Shown: positions 49,079 through 58,612 of the stretch, one piece after another
Numbering within the stretch: the stretch's first letter is position 1
Layout: every line of letters begins with the position of its first letter
DNA from: an uncultured Fibrobacterota bacterium
Lineage (GTDB): Bacteria; Fibrobacterota; Chitinivibrionia; Chitinivibrionales; FEN-1185
Assembly (NCBI GenBank): GCA_963753345.1
Contig: CAVWBU010000026.1
Span: 160,001 to 224,000 of the forward strand
Length of the DNA stretch: 64,000 bases
Direction of reading: 5' to 3'
Notes under the pieces: model-generated
Seen by the model: the letters and a program-made list of their open reading frames with translations, nothing else
Told to the model about the DNA's origin: nothing
Databases searched by the model: none
Made by a program: the position numbers and the translations under genes

Positions 49079-50308
49079 ATGCCCTCAAAACTAACATTCT
49101 CACTCCTTCTCTCCCTCGCCATAATTATTAGGCTCATTTATGTATTCCTCCTCCCGCCCACCCAAACGGTTTCTTTCCGCCTCGAAGGCCTCAACGACGA
49201 AGCGTCGCACCTCAACTACGTGCATTACCTCGCGCAGAATAAAAGCTTTCCGGTGCAGCGGCACCATGCCCGGGAGAAGGACGCGTTTGTCGTTAACGAG
49301 TTCGAATACTATCAGGCGCCGCTGTATTATGTGATCGGCGCGGGTTTGGAGCTGGTTGCCGGCAAGGACAACAGCCTTCTTGCGTGCAGGCTGCTGTCGT
49401 TTCTGTTCGGCGTTCTGTCGCTGCTTGTCATAAGGAGAATATTCAGCGCGGCCTCGCTTTCCGAGGCCGCGGGAAACGGCGCGATGCTGTTTGCCGCGCT
49501 TTTTCCCCCGCACGCCTATTTCTGTTCGGTTGCCTCCAATGACTCCATGAGCTGGCTTGTTGCCCTGCTTATGACGCTCGAGCTGGTGCGCATGTGCAGT
49601 CCGGCGGATGCCCCTCAAGCGCGTTCTCCTTTGAGGTCGGGCGCATATTTCGGCCTGCTGCTCGGCATCGGCATGCTCACCAAGGCGTCCTTGTTCCTGT
49701 TCGCGCCCGTTGCCGCCGCGGTCTTTGTGTGGCTGTTCTTTACAAGGCGCGAGCCAGGCCGGCGGTATGCGCTCGTTGCAATGCTCTGTGTTGCTGCCGT
49801 TTGTGCCGGTCCCTGGTATCTTCGGAACCTTCGGATGTACGGCTCCCTGTTCGCGTTCGGGGTGGGGAACGGCCCGCCGCAGTTTTTTCTCTTTGCGCCG
49901 CAGCAGTTTGTTCGGTTCGTCAAGATCGCGGTGTACTGTTTCTGGTTCCCCATGCAGCACGTGCCGCCGTCGCACGCCGTGGCCGCGATGATCGGGTTTG
50001 AGCTGCTTGTTCTCGGAGCCAACATATGGTTGTTTGTGTCTTATATGATCCGAAAGAGACGTGTTGCTTTATGGGAAGCTGTGCTTGGTCTGCTCCTGAT
50101 TCTCAACCTTGCCGCGTATGTCAACTACAACCTGCACTGGGACAATGCGGATGGGCGGTTTTTGTTTCCGTCACTGGCAGTGCTGCTGATTTACTTTTGT
50201 GTTCCTCTTGAGAAATTCTGTGAGAGGCATGGTCTGAGAAAGTTGTATACCCCATTACTTGCCGCCGAGGCGCTGTTTCCCTATATTCTCTTGTTGTTGG
50301 TGTCGTGA
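49079..50308 (+). CDS. GT-C fold membrane glycosyltransferase (ArnT/PMT-like)
   Basis: Multiple TM segments; DEASH, YQAPLYY, SNDS, LTK, PWYLRN, GRFLFP. Confidence 0.8.
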   Translation: MPSKLTFSLLLSLAIIIRLIYVFLLPPTQTVSFRLEGLNDEASHLNYVHYLAQNKSFPVQRHHAREKDAFVVNEFEYYQAPLYYVIGAGLELVAGKDNSLLACRLLSFLFGVLSLLVIRRIFSAASLSEAAGNGAMLFAALFPPHAYFCSVASNDSMSWLVALLMTLELVRMCSPADAPQARSPLRSGAYFGLLLGIGMLTKASLFLFAPVAAAVFVWLFFTRREPGRRYALVAMLCVAAVCAGPWYLRNLRMYGSLFAFGVGNGPPQFFLFAPQQFVRFVKIAVYCFWFPMQHVPPSHAVAAMIGFELLVLGANIWLFVSYMIRKRRVALWEAVLGLLLILNLAAYVNYNLHWDNADGRFLFPSLAVLLIYFCVPLEKFCERHGLRKLYTPLLAAEALFPYILLLLVS

Positions 50309-50344
50309 TTGGTTATATGCTGTCTTCATTATCAACAAACCTGT

Positions 50345-50820
50345 TTGCACATTCGTCAGAAACCTTTTCCGGGGGCTTCACCCCCGGACCCCGACCAAGG
50401 GGTGCTCAACAGCGAGCACCCCTTGGAACCCCGCGCCGCGCCTGCAGCGCCGCCTGGTCCCTCGGCCGTCGGGCCGCTCGCGAACTCGCCCGGCCAGAAG
50501 CAAATGTCAAGCAGTCAACATTGGTACATTTCAGTATATTCGTTCAAACTAGACCGGGCCGGGCTCAACAGCGCGAGCGTCCAAGTAACCCGCCCGTCCC
50601 GTTGGGCGGGTTAGCGCCGATGGCCTCAGGGGCGGCGCTGATGGCGGGAAGAAACGGATACGGCAACTTTCCTATGCCCGGCGCCAGGTTGGACTGAAGG
50701 GTGCGCCAGAGCGCATTGCCGGCCGACCCTCCCCGAAGGGGACTACGGGCGGTCCGGCAACGAGGCGAATAGCCGAGCCCGGAAGGAGAACCGCCGCCGT
50801 CTTCGGCGGGGCGCCCAGAT
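50345..50820 (+). repeat. Hairpin-rich repeat mosaic ending in module A (50678-50817)
   Basis: ccggggg-cttca-cccccgg, ccaaggg/cccttgg and gctcgcg/cgcgagc stems, then module A ending ggcgccca. Confidence 0.65.
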
Positions 50821-50874
50821 CTTCTCTTGGGTTTTGAGACAGGCTGGACTTCCCCCCTAAATAATCTTCTTGTA

Positions 50875-50915
50875 TTGAAAAACTGTGTAAAGAACAATAT
50901 AGTATAGACTATACT
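50875..50915 (+). promoter_or_regulatory. Sigma70-like promoter with an overlapping palindrome
   Basis: TTGAAA-17 bp-TATAGT; AGTATAG-A-CTATACT at 50901-50915. Confidence 0.55.
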
Positions 50916-50916
50916 C

Positions 50917-51573
50917 ATGCATCAGAACCGTCTTCGATCATTCGCCTTGAGAACCGCGCTCCTGTCAGCAGCCATGGCGCTTCTCGCAATTCCCGGCTGC
51001 GGTATCCACCGGTACACCAATCCGGATCTTCTGAAGAAAACAGAAGTCACCTTTCCGAAAGAATACCAGAACATCATCTCGCCGCTTGACAGCGCGCTTG
51101 TCCCGATCCGCAAGCGCATATTCCTTCTCAGGAATGACGTGGCCAAGATGAAGGACAAACTGTGGGACGGCGGATCAAACCAGCGTATCACGAGGATCGA
51201 CGACAACATCGACACCGCACGAAAGGAAATTTCGACGCTTTCGGCGATCCAGAAGGAGATCCTCAATACAATTTATCACATCTATCCGGGATACGAGGAG
51301 CCCGAGATCCTGCCATATGTCGGAGAGGGGAAGAAATACAAGGAAATCAAGAAGCCGATCATCTTGGTGACCCTGCAGGACCAGCGCGATTACGAGGACG
51401 TGAAATCGGGCGGCGGCAAGCTGTCCGAAAGCCTGGAGTACAAGCCGCTGGTGCGGTATGCGCTCAAGCAGTACGACAACCTGCCCGATTCGCTCAAGCC
51501 GAAACCCGAGCCCATCGGCTCGCCCGGGCCTGTGCGCAGGCTGGAGCCGTACGAGCCGCCAAAGCCGAAATAA
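50917..51573 (+). CDS. Putative lipoprotein with a coiled coil
   Basis: ALLAIPGC lipobox; host-like codon usage. Confidence 0.7.
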   Translation: MHQNRLRSFALRTALLSAAMALLAIPGCGIHRYTNPDLLKKTEVTFPKEYQNIISPLDSALVPIRKRIFLLRNDVAKMKDKLWDGGSNQRITRIDDNIDTARKEISTLSAIQKEILNTIYHIYPGYEEPEILPYVGEGKKYKEIKKPIILVTLQDQRDYEDVKSGGGKLSESLEYKPLVRYALKQYDNLPDSLKPKPEPIGSPGPVRRLEPYEPPKPK

Positions 51574-51692
51574 GCCAGGGTTGGTGCTTGACATAAGCGC
51601 AACAATCAGCGGTGAATTCAGAGAAAAAAATGCAAAGATTAAAACCAGCATGTCTACTACTGCTGCCGGCGGAAGAATAATCCCCGAAAAAC

Positions 51693-52733
51693 CTATTGGG
51701 CCTTGTATTGAAAAATGACTTTACCAGCCTTATTTATATAGCCGTCGATTTCTTTTGAGATGCCGACATTTGCTATTCCGTCTGAAAAATTATAACCGTG
51801 GGAAAATGGTGTTTTTATTGAAATATCTCCGTTTCTGTCAATATAATAGGTTTTACCCTTTATGGAAACAGGAGCGAGTCCTTCAGAAAATCTACAAGGC
51901 GAATAAGCTTGGTCTATTTCTATACTTTTAGATAAAACGTTCCCAAGGGTATCAATCATAACAAATCTGCCGTTTAGATTGACAAAACATCTTCCCTCAT
52001 GAAACACACTATAGCTGCTAATTTGAAGGCCATTGTAGGCTGAAAACTGGCAAGGTATGACAAGTTTGCCGGATCTGTCGATGAAGCCTATTTTGTTATC
52101 CCTGATCACCAAGGCGCGTCTTTCATTGAAATGGGAACCGTATTCAAAAGGCGTTTTTAAAACTATATTGCCGTTTGTATCTGCGTAAGCCAAAAGTCTA
52201 TTCGGCGAAAAGACCGGAGCTAATCCTTCAGAGAATCGGTTGTCGTAGGTATATGTCGTTAGAAAAACAGGTTTTCCGTTTCTGTCAATATAACCGTAAT
52301 TCTTTCCAAAGCAAACAAACGCTCTGGCATTGTGAAAGTCTTGTGCGGTTGAGAATTGCTCTTGGATTACAATCCTGCCGGTCTTGTCAATGAACCCTAC
52401 ATTACGGACATCTGAATTCTTTTGTAAGGAAGCAAGTCCTTCGCTAAAAATGCCTATACAGTTGAAAGCTGGCTCAATCACGACTTTGCCGTTTTGGTCA
52501 ATGAACCCTTCCGCCACGTTTAACGGGAAATGAGTCACATAAAAAGGAATTAGATCGGCATCCTTCGCGTACATATAACCGTTTAGGGTTCCCTTGATCG
52601 ACGGTTCTACTACAACTACACCGGTACTATCGATAAAACCAATTTTAGCATCAACACAGAAAGGGTAATGTGTGGCTGCGGCCAAACATTTTATGCCGAT
52701 GACAATTATTCCGAAAATCAATTTTCGTTTCAT
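51693..52733 (-). CDS. WG-repeat (KWG) protein
   Basis: Repeated FSEGLA.V....GFID..G..VI units; AT-rich. Confidence 0.88.
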   Translation of the reverse strand: MKRKLIFGIIVIGIKCLAAATHYPFCVDAKIGFIDSTGVVVVEPSIKGTLNGYMYAKDADLIPFYVTHFPLNVAEGFIDQNGKVVIEPAFNCIGIFSEGLASLQKNSDVRNVGFIDKTGRIVIQEQFSTAQDFHNARAFVCFGKNYGYIDRNGKPVFLTTYTYDNRFSEGLAPVFSPNRLLAYADTNGNIVLKTPFEYGSHFNERRALVIRDNKIGFIDRSGKLVIPCQFSAYNGLQISSYSVFHEGRCFVNLNGRFVMIDTLGNVLSKSIEIDQAYSPCRFSEGLAPVSIKGKTYYIDRNGDISIKTPFSHGYNFSDGIANVGISKEIDGYINKAGKVIFQYKAQ

Positions 52734-53612
52734 CTTGGACGTCCAGTTACCCTTCTTACCGTCGAGCTACCAGCTTTCTTATGCATTCCGCGCCTCTGAG
52801 TGGATTTTCTCTTTTCCTGAAGCGCCTCCGCCATCTCAAAATCCTCTTTCGTGGTGATCTTGAAATTGAGCGGGTCGCCCTGCGCGACGCCGACGGCGAC
52901 GCCGGCAGCCTGCATGAGCATGGCTTCATCAGTGGGCGGCGAGGGAAGCAGGGCCGCGTGTTTGAACGCGGCCGTTAGTCCCGAGCGCCTGAACAATCTG
53001 GGGGGTCTGGACGCGGACCAGTCCGTTTCTGTCAAGCGTATTGCCGGCGCAATCGCCCGTGAATCCCATAGCGAGCGCATTCCTCGAAGCTTGCTTCGGG
53101 GTTGGCGAGCGACTATGAGTATGTTTTTTTTCCATAGGGATGGAAGATTCCTCGTCCCGCGGGACTGCGGGGTTCTTCAATTCCCTGATGGTATCGACCT
53201 CGGGCGTGGCGGCGATCACCGCGTCGTACTTTCCAGAAACGGAAAGCACGGCGTTGATGATTCTTTTCGTCAAGAACGGCCGGGCCGAGTCGTGGATCAT
53301 CACCCATTCGGCCTTTGATACGTCCACGCCGCTTTTCACCGACAGCCAACGGTGAAGGCCGCCTTTTACAATGATGATCTCTTTTTTGACACGTAAGGTT
53401 GAAACGATCTTCCGTGCTCTATCCGTCATTGCCGCAGGAACAACGAGGATGATTTTGTCGATGGCGCGATGGCGTGCAAAGACAAGGAGGGAATGGACAA
53501 ACAGCGGCCTGTCACCAAGATTGACAAACGCCTTGGGCATTTTCGCGCCCAGCCGCTTTCCGCTTCCCGCAGCGACAATGATGCAATCGGCGATTGTTCG
53601 CTTTTCGGTCAT
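52730..53612 (-). CDS. ispD: 2-C-methyl-D-erythritol 4-phosphate cytidylyltransferase with an in-frame insertion and an apparent frameshift near 52997
   Basis: AAGSGKRLG..PKAF, HDSARP, QTPQ; C-terminal TDEA...NFKITT.ED in another frame. Confidence 0.88.
53060..53179. mobile_element. Palindromic MITE-like insertion inside ispD
   Basis: TGAA...TTCA ends, cgaagcttgcttcg palindrome, paired gcgagcg repeats; adds 39 codons between VDTIRE and FTGD. Confidence 0.7.
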
Positions 53613-53644
53613 ATTGTTTGTCTTTAACTGTCAACCGTCAACTG

Positions 53645-54850
53645 TCAACTCTTTCTTCTTTCAACAATCCCCGCCACCTTCATCGGCAGCCCGAAGATCC
53701 GTATGAACCCCCGCGCGTCCTTCTGGTCGTAGAAATCGGTGTCGGTAAAGGACGCGAGGTCCGAAAGGTACAGCGATTTCGGCGATTTTGAGCCGGCCGG
53801 GTAGATGCCACCCTTGTACAGCTTGAGCCTTACGGCGCCGGTGACATTTTCCTGCGTGGCATTGACAAAGGCATCCAGCGATTCACGGAGCTTTGAGAAC
53901 CACTGGCCGAAGTACACGAGCTCGGCATAGCGGAGTGCCACGGTTTCCTTGTAGTGCAGGGTGTCGCGATCGAGCACCAGGCGCTCGAGCTCGCGGTGCG
54001 CCGCGTAGAGAATCGACCCGCCGGGCGTTTCGTACACGCCGCGCGACTTGATGCCCACCAGCCTGTTTTCCACCATGTCAACATGCCCCACGCCGTGCAG
54101 CCCGCCCAGGCGGTTGAGTTCGGACAGCAGCGCCACGGGCCCAAGCGCCTTGCCGTTCACCGACATGGGCGTGCCTTTGCGGAAGGCGACCGTTACATAC
54201 CCGGGCCTGGCCGGCGCTTTTTCAACCATGCTTGACAGAGTATACACATTGTCCGGAGGCTCGGCCGCAGGATCTTCGAGCACGCCGCCCTCGTGGCTGA
54301 TGTGCCATATGTTGCGGTCCTCGGAGTAGATGCGTTTCTTTGACTGGCTCACGGGGATGTTGCGCGCAGCGGCATAGGCAAGACAGTCTTCGCGCGACCG
54401 CAGCGTCCACTTCGGGTCTTTCCAGGGGGAAATGATTGCAAGCGACGGGTCGAGCGCCATTACGGTGAGCTCGAAGCGCACCTGGTCGTTTCCCTTGCCG
54501 GTCGCGCCGTGCGCCACGGCGTCGGCGCGTTCACGGTGCGCGATTTCCACGGCGCGCTTCGCAATGATGGGCCGGGCAAAGCTCGTTCCGAGCAGGTAGC
54601 TGCCCTCGTACACGGCCCCGGCGCGCAGCGTGGGGTAAATGTAATCGACGATGAATTCCTCGCGCAGGTCTTCGAGGCAGAACTTGGAGGCGCCGGTTCT
54701 GAGCGCCTTCTGCCGGAGGCCGCGCGTTTCCTCGGCCTGGCCCACGTCGGCGCACATGGCGATCACCTGGCAGTGATAGTTCTCCCTGAGCCACGGGATC
54801 ATTATCGACGTGTCAAGACCGCCGGAGTAGAGGAGGACGACTTTCTTCAT
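53645..54850 (-). CDS. argG: Argininosuccinate synthase
   Basis: [31 protein letters not shown]. Confidence 0.97.
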   Translation of the reverse strand: MKKVVLLYSGGLDTSIMIPWLRENYHCQVIAMCADVGQAEETRGLRQKALRTGASKFCLEDLREEFIVDYIYPTLRAGAVYEGSYLLGTSFARPIIAKRAVEIAHRERADAVAHGATGKGNDQVRFELTVMALDPSLAIISPWKDPKWTLRSREDCLAYAAARNIPVSQSKKRIYSEDRNIWHISHEGGVLEDPAAEPPDNVYTLSSMVEKAPARPGYVTVAFRKGTPMSVNGKALGPVALLSELNRLGGLHGVGHVDMVENRLVGIKSRGVYETPGGSILYAAHRELERLVLDRDTLHYKETVALRYAELVYFGQWFSKLRESLDAFVNATQENVTGAVRLKLYKGGIYPAGSKSPKSLYLSDLASFTDTDFYDQKDARGFIRIFGLPMKVAGIVERRKS

Positions 54851-54942
54851 GATGCGATGCCTTTCGGAAAATGAAAGGGGGATATGATCGATTTTTCTTT
54901 CGACGAGCGGTGCGGTCTACCGAGTGCTAAGCGCGCCCCGGG

Positions 54943-56151
54943 TCACAGTTTGCATTTGACAAGAACGTTCCCGAATATTTCAAGCGCGGCCGTGATGTCC
55001 TTTTCCTCAACGATGAGGGGAGGCATGAACCGCACCGTGTTGTGCTCGGCCTTGATAAGGAGGAGTCCCTCCTCCTTGCACAGCGGGATTATTTCCTTGG
55101 GGTCGTGCGCCATTTCCACGCCGACAAGCAGGCCCATGCCGCGCACCTCCTTCATGCCGGGATGCGACAAGGCAATCGTCGTGAGTGCCTTCTTCAGGAT
55201 GCCGCCGTTCTTGGCGACGTTGGAAAGAAAGACCGGCTGCGAAATAATGTTGAGCGTCACGCACCCGAGGGCGCAGGCGAGCGGGTTGCCGCCGAACGTG
55301 GTGCCGTGGCTGCCGGGCGATACGGCCGCGGCGATGTGGTCCTTGCAGACCACGGCGCCAAGGGGAAGCCCGCCGCCCAGAGGCTTTGCCGCCGCGAGGA
55401 TGTCCGGCACGATGCCGTACTGCTCGCAGCACCAGAGCGTGCCGGTGCGGCCCATGCCGCACTGGATCTCGTCGAACACCAGCGCGATGTCCTTCTTGCT
55501 CGCATACTCGCGCAGAAACCGCAGGAATTCCTTGGAGGCCAGGTTCACCCCGCCCTCGCCCTGCACGGGCTCCACGATGATGGCCGCGAAGTCGTGCTTG
55601 TCAAGCATTTCCCCGGCCGCCCCGATGTCGTTGAACGGCGCGTGGTGAAACCCCTCGAGCATGGGGCCAAACCCGTCCTGGAAATGCTCCTGCGCGGTCG
55701 CCGACAGCGCGCCGTAGGTGCGGCCGTGAAATCCGCTTGAGAAGGACAGGACATGGTACTTTTCTTTGTCAATTTGCGCCGCCCGTTTCCGTGAGAACTT
55801 GATGGCCGCCTCGATCGCCTCGGTGCCGCTGTTGCAGAGAAACACCTTGCCGCCGAACGTTTTTTCCGAAAGCAATTTCGCAAGCGCCAGCTGCGGCTGA
55901 GTGAAGTAGAGGTTCGAGGAATGGATCAGGAGCGACCCCTGTTCCCGCAGCGCCGCGATGATGGCGGGATGGCCGTGGCCCAGCGCGTTCACCGCGATGC
56001 CCGCGCCGAAATCGAGGTACCGCCTGCCGTCGGCGTCGAACAGATACATGCCCTCGCCCCGCACGAGCGGCGCGCCGCTCCGGGAGAACGTGGGGACGAA
56101 AACGTCGGCGTTGTCTGGATTCTGTGAAGGTGCTTTATGATCTTTGTTCAT
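54943..56151 (-). CDS. argD: Acetylornithine aminotransferase
   Basis: NSGTEAIEAA, FHGRT, EPVQGEGG, DEIQCG, HGTTFGGNPLA. Confidence 0.92.
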   Translation of the reverse strand: MNKDHKAPSQNPDNADVFVPTFSRSGAPLVRGEGMYLFDADGRRYLDFGAGIAVNALGHGHPAIIAALREQGSLLIHSSNLYFTQPQLALAKLLSEKTFGGKVFLCNSGTEAIEAAIKFSRKRAAQIDKEKYHVLSFSSGFHGRTYGALSATAQEHFQDGFGPMLEGFHHAPFNDIGAAGEMLDKHDFAAIIVEPVQGEGGVNLASKEFLRFLREYASKKDIALVFDEIQCGMGRTGTLWCCEQYGIVPDILAAAKPLGGGLPLGAVVCKDHIAAAVSPGSHGTTFGGNPLACALGCVTLNIISQPVFLSNVAKNGGILKKALTTIALSHPGMKEVRGMGLLVGVEMAHDPKEIIPLCKEEGLLLIKAEHNTVRFMPPLIVEEKDITAALEIFGNVLVKCKL

Positions 56152-56314
56152 GATGAAAATCCTTGCTGTCAACTTCTTGAATCTTGAACTATTGAAGAAG
56201 CCCGCCAAATGGCGGGGCTTCTTCCTTGCCCAGGGAAAAGATATTTGTAATTCGCCCGCTAAGGTTAGCGGGCTGTGGCAATCAACGTTTCAACGCTTCA
56301 ACTTTTCAACGTTG

Positions 56315-57094
56315 TCACGCTAGGACAACCGTGCCCCCGGCAGTAGCCGGGTCAAGCTCACGAATCAGCGTTTCCGCCCCGTTCCATCCGCAGATGTGGA
56401 CCCGCGCCACTCCGCGGTTCACGGATTCGGCAGCGCCGCGCAGCTTGGGCACCATGCCGCCCTTGACATGTCCTGAGGCGATGAGGTCCTCTATCTCGGA
56501 TATCTTTATGCTGGGCTTCACTGAGCCGTTGACAAGCACGCCCGCTACGTCGGAAACGAACACCAGGTGGTCGGCGTGCAGCACCGCCGCGATTTCGCTC
56601 GCCGCGACGTCGGCATTCACATTGTAGATATTACCGCCGTCGTCGCGGGAAATGGGCGATATCACCGGCACGATGCGTTCGCCCCGGCACAGGTCGATTA
56701 TTTTCTTGTCAACCTTGCGTATTTCGCCCACGAAGCCGATGTCCCGGCCCTTTACGGTCATGCGCGACGCCGAAAGCAGGTTGCAGTCGACCCCGCTTAT
56801 GCCCAGCGCGGTTACGCCCGCGGTCTCGAGCGCGTTCACCAGCCGCTTGTTGACGTCGCCGGACAGCACCATCTGCACGGTGCCCACGGTTTCGGCATCG
56901 GTCACTCGCATGCCTTCAACGAACGTGTATTCCTTCTTGAGCAGGTCGAGCTGGCGGCCGATGTCTTTGCCGCCGCCGTGGACTACCACCGGAAAGCAAG
57001 AGGAAACAATGGCGGCAAGGCTTTTGCCGAAGGCGGGGAAAAACCCCGGGGCGTCGAGCGTTGCGCCGCCGATTTTGATGCACACGGTTTGCAT
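56315..57094 (-). CDS. argB: Acetylglutamate kinase
   Basis: KIGG, VHGGG, GMRVTD, NVNAD, GGMVPK. Confidence 0.94.
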   Translation of the reverse strand: MQTVCIKIGGATLDAPGFFPAFGKSLAAIVSSCFPVVVHGGGKDIGRQLDLLKKEYTFVEGMRVTDAETVGTVQMVLSGDVNKRLVNALETAGVTALGISGVDCNLLSASRMTVKGRDIGFVGEIRKVDKKIIDLCRGERIVPVISPISRDDGGNIYNVNADVAASEIAAVLHADHLVFVSDVAGVLVNGSVKPSIKISEIEDLIASGHVKGGMVPKLRGAAESVNRGVARVHICGWNGAETLIRELDPATAGGTVVLA

Positions 57095-57112
57095 GGACAA
57101 GGATCCTTCGCG

Positions 57113-58138
57113 CTACAGGAGGCCGCTCGTCTCGGGGAACCCGAACATGATGTTCATGTTCTGCACGGCCTGGCCGCTTGCGCCCTTCACGAGATTGTCG
57201 AGCGACGACACCGCAATCACGGGCCGGCCGTTCTCGCCCGCGGTAAACGTGATGTCGCAGTAGTTCGTGTTCGCCGTGCCGCCCGTGGTCGGCAGGTCGG
57301 AAGGCTCCCGCATCCTCACAAACGGCTCGCCCCGGTACGCCTTTCCCACGATGTCAAGACACTCGGCCGCGGTCCGGTTCGTGGTGAGGTAGATGGTTGA
57401 TAGAATGCCCCGGTTCGTGGGGAGAAGGTGCGGCGAAAACGTGATGGTCACGGGTTTGCCGCAGGCTCTTGAAAACTCCTGCTCGATTTCGGCGATGTGC
57501 CGGTGGCTGTGGCCCACCGAATAGGCGGAGAAATTCTCGTGCACTTCCACGAAATGGCTCGAAAGCTTAAGGGCCCGTCCGGCGCCGCTCAAACCGGATT
57601 TTGAATCGGCAATGACAAGAGAGAGCATGGTGCCCTTGTCTCTGAAGAGCGGCAGCAGCGGCAGCATGATGCTCGTGGAATAGCAGCCGGGGTTCGCCAC
57701 GATCCTGGCTTTTGCGATGTCGCTTCTGTACCATTCGCACAGTCCGAACACGGCTTCGGACAAAAGCTCAGGGCACGGGTGCTCGGTCTTGTACCAGGCG
57801 GCGTATTCCTTCGGGTCCCGTATCCTGAAGTCGGCGCTGAGGTCGATCACCCGCACCGAATTATTGATAAAGGGCAACAGGAAGCCCGCAGAGGTCGCGT
57901 GCGGCAGGCAGGAAAAGACGCAGTCCACGGCGACCTCTGCGGTTTTGTCGGGCGCGAGCAGGACCTTGTCGCAGATGCCCTTCACCTGGGGGAATACGGC
58001 GCTCAGCTTCTGTCCCGCGTACGATTGCGACGACACGAACGCGATTGACGCGTGCGCGTGCCTCGCAAGGATTTTGACCAGCTCGATGCCCGTGTACCCG
58101 GTCGCGCCGAGGATGCCGATGGTGATTTTGTTTGTCAT
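57113..58138 (-). CDS. argC: N-acetyl-gamma-glutamyl-phosphate reductase
   Basis: GATGYTG, DLSADFR, ANPGCY, SGAGR, DNLVKGASGQA. Confidence 0.96.
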   Translation of the reverse strand: MTNKITIGILGATGYTGIELVKILARHAHASIAFVSSQSYAGQKLSAVFPQVKGICDKVLLAPDKTAEVAVDCVFSCLPHATSAGFLLPFINNSVRVIDLSADFRIRDPKEYAAWYKTEHPCPELLSEAVFGLCEWYRSDIAKARIVANPGCYSTSIMLPLLPLFRDKGTMLSLVIADSKSGLSGAGRALKLSSHFVEVHENFSAYSVGHSHRHIAEIEQEFSRACGKPVTITFSPHLLPTNRGILSTIYLTTNRTAAECLDIVGKAYRGEPFVRMREPSDLPTTGGTANTNYCDITFTAGENGRPVIAVSSLDNLVKGASGQAVQNMNIMFGFPETSGLL

Positions 58139-58239
58139 TGCTACTATGCCTTTTCCGCGTTTTTCGTATCAAAGGTAAAATAATTTACTCGCAGGATTGT
58201 AAAGTAGGTTGGATAGACCTCAGTTACCAAACGGTACAC

Positions 58240-58400
58240 TTGGGCGCCCCGCCTTCGGCGGCGGCCCTCCTTCCAGGCTCGGCCTTTCGGCCTCGTTGCC
58301 GCCTTCCACGAGGGCCCTGCGGGCCGTGGCCAGGCGGCAATCCCGCCTTGGCGGGACCATTTTTTCCAGTCCGGCCTGGCGCGCGGCAAAGGAAATATAT
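58240..58400 (-). repeat. Structured repeat module A (solo copy upstream of argC)
   Basis: Closely similar to 14454-14610. Confidence 0.85.
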
Positions 58401-58612
58401 TCCGTCAAGCATCCTCAATGCGCCTGCCCGAGTTCAAAGTTAATCGGTTAGAGTTTGTTCTTGTCCGAAATTGTGAGGCCACAAGGTGGGCAGGTGAGGG
58501 ATGGAGCGGGCGACCGATTCACAGCCACTGCTCGCGGGGCAAAGGTTTCAAGAGGGGGGAGAAACACCTTTGCCGGACGGCAATGGCATGTGAACCGTGA
58601 AGCCGCTCGTTA

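Noticed and set aside
56194-56224. Terminator or attenuator between argB and argD
   Set aside because: A hairpin is present (gaagaagcccgcc/ggcggggcttcttc) but lacks a clear U tract, and it lies among other repeat-like sequence.
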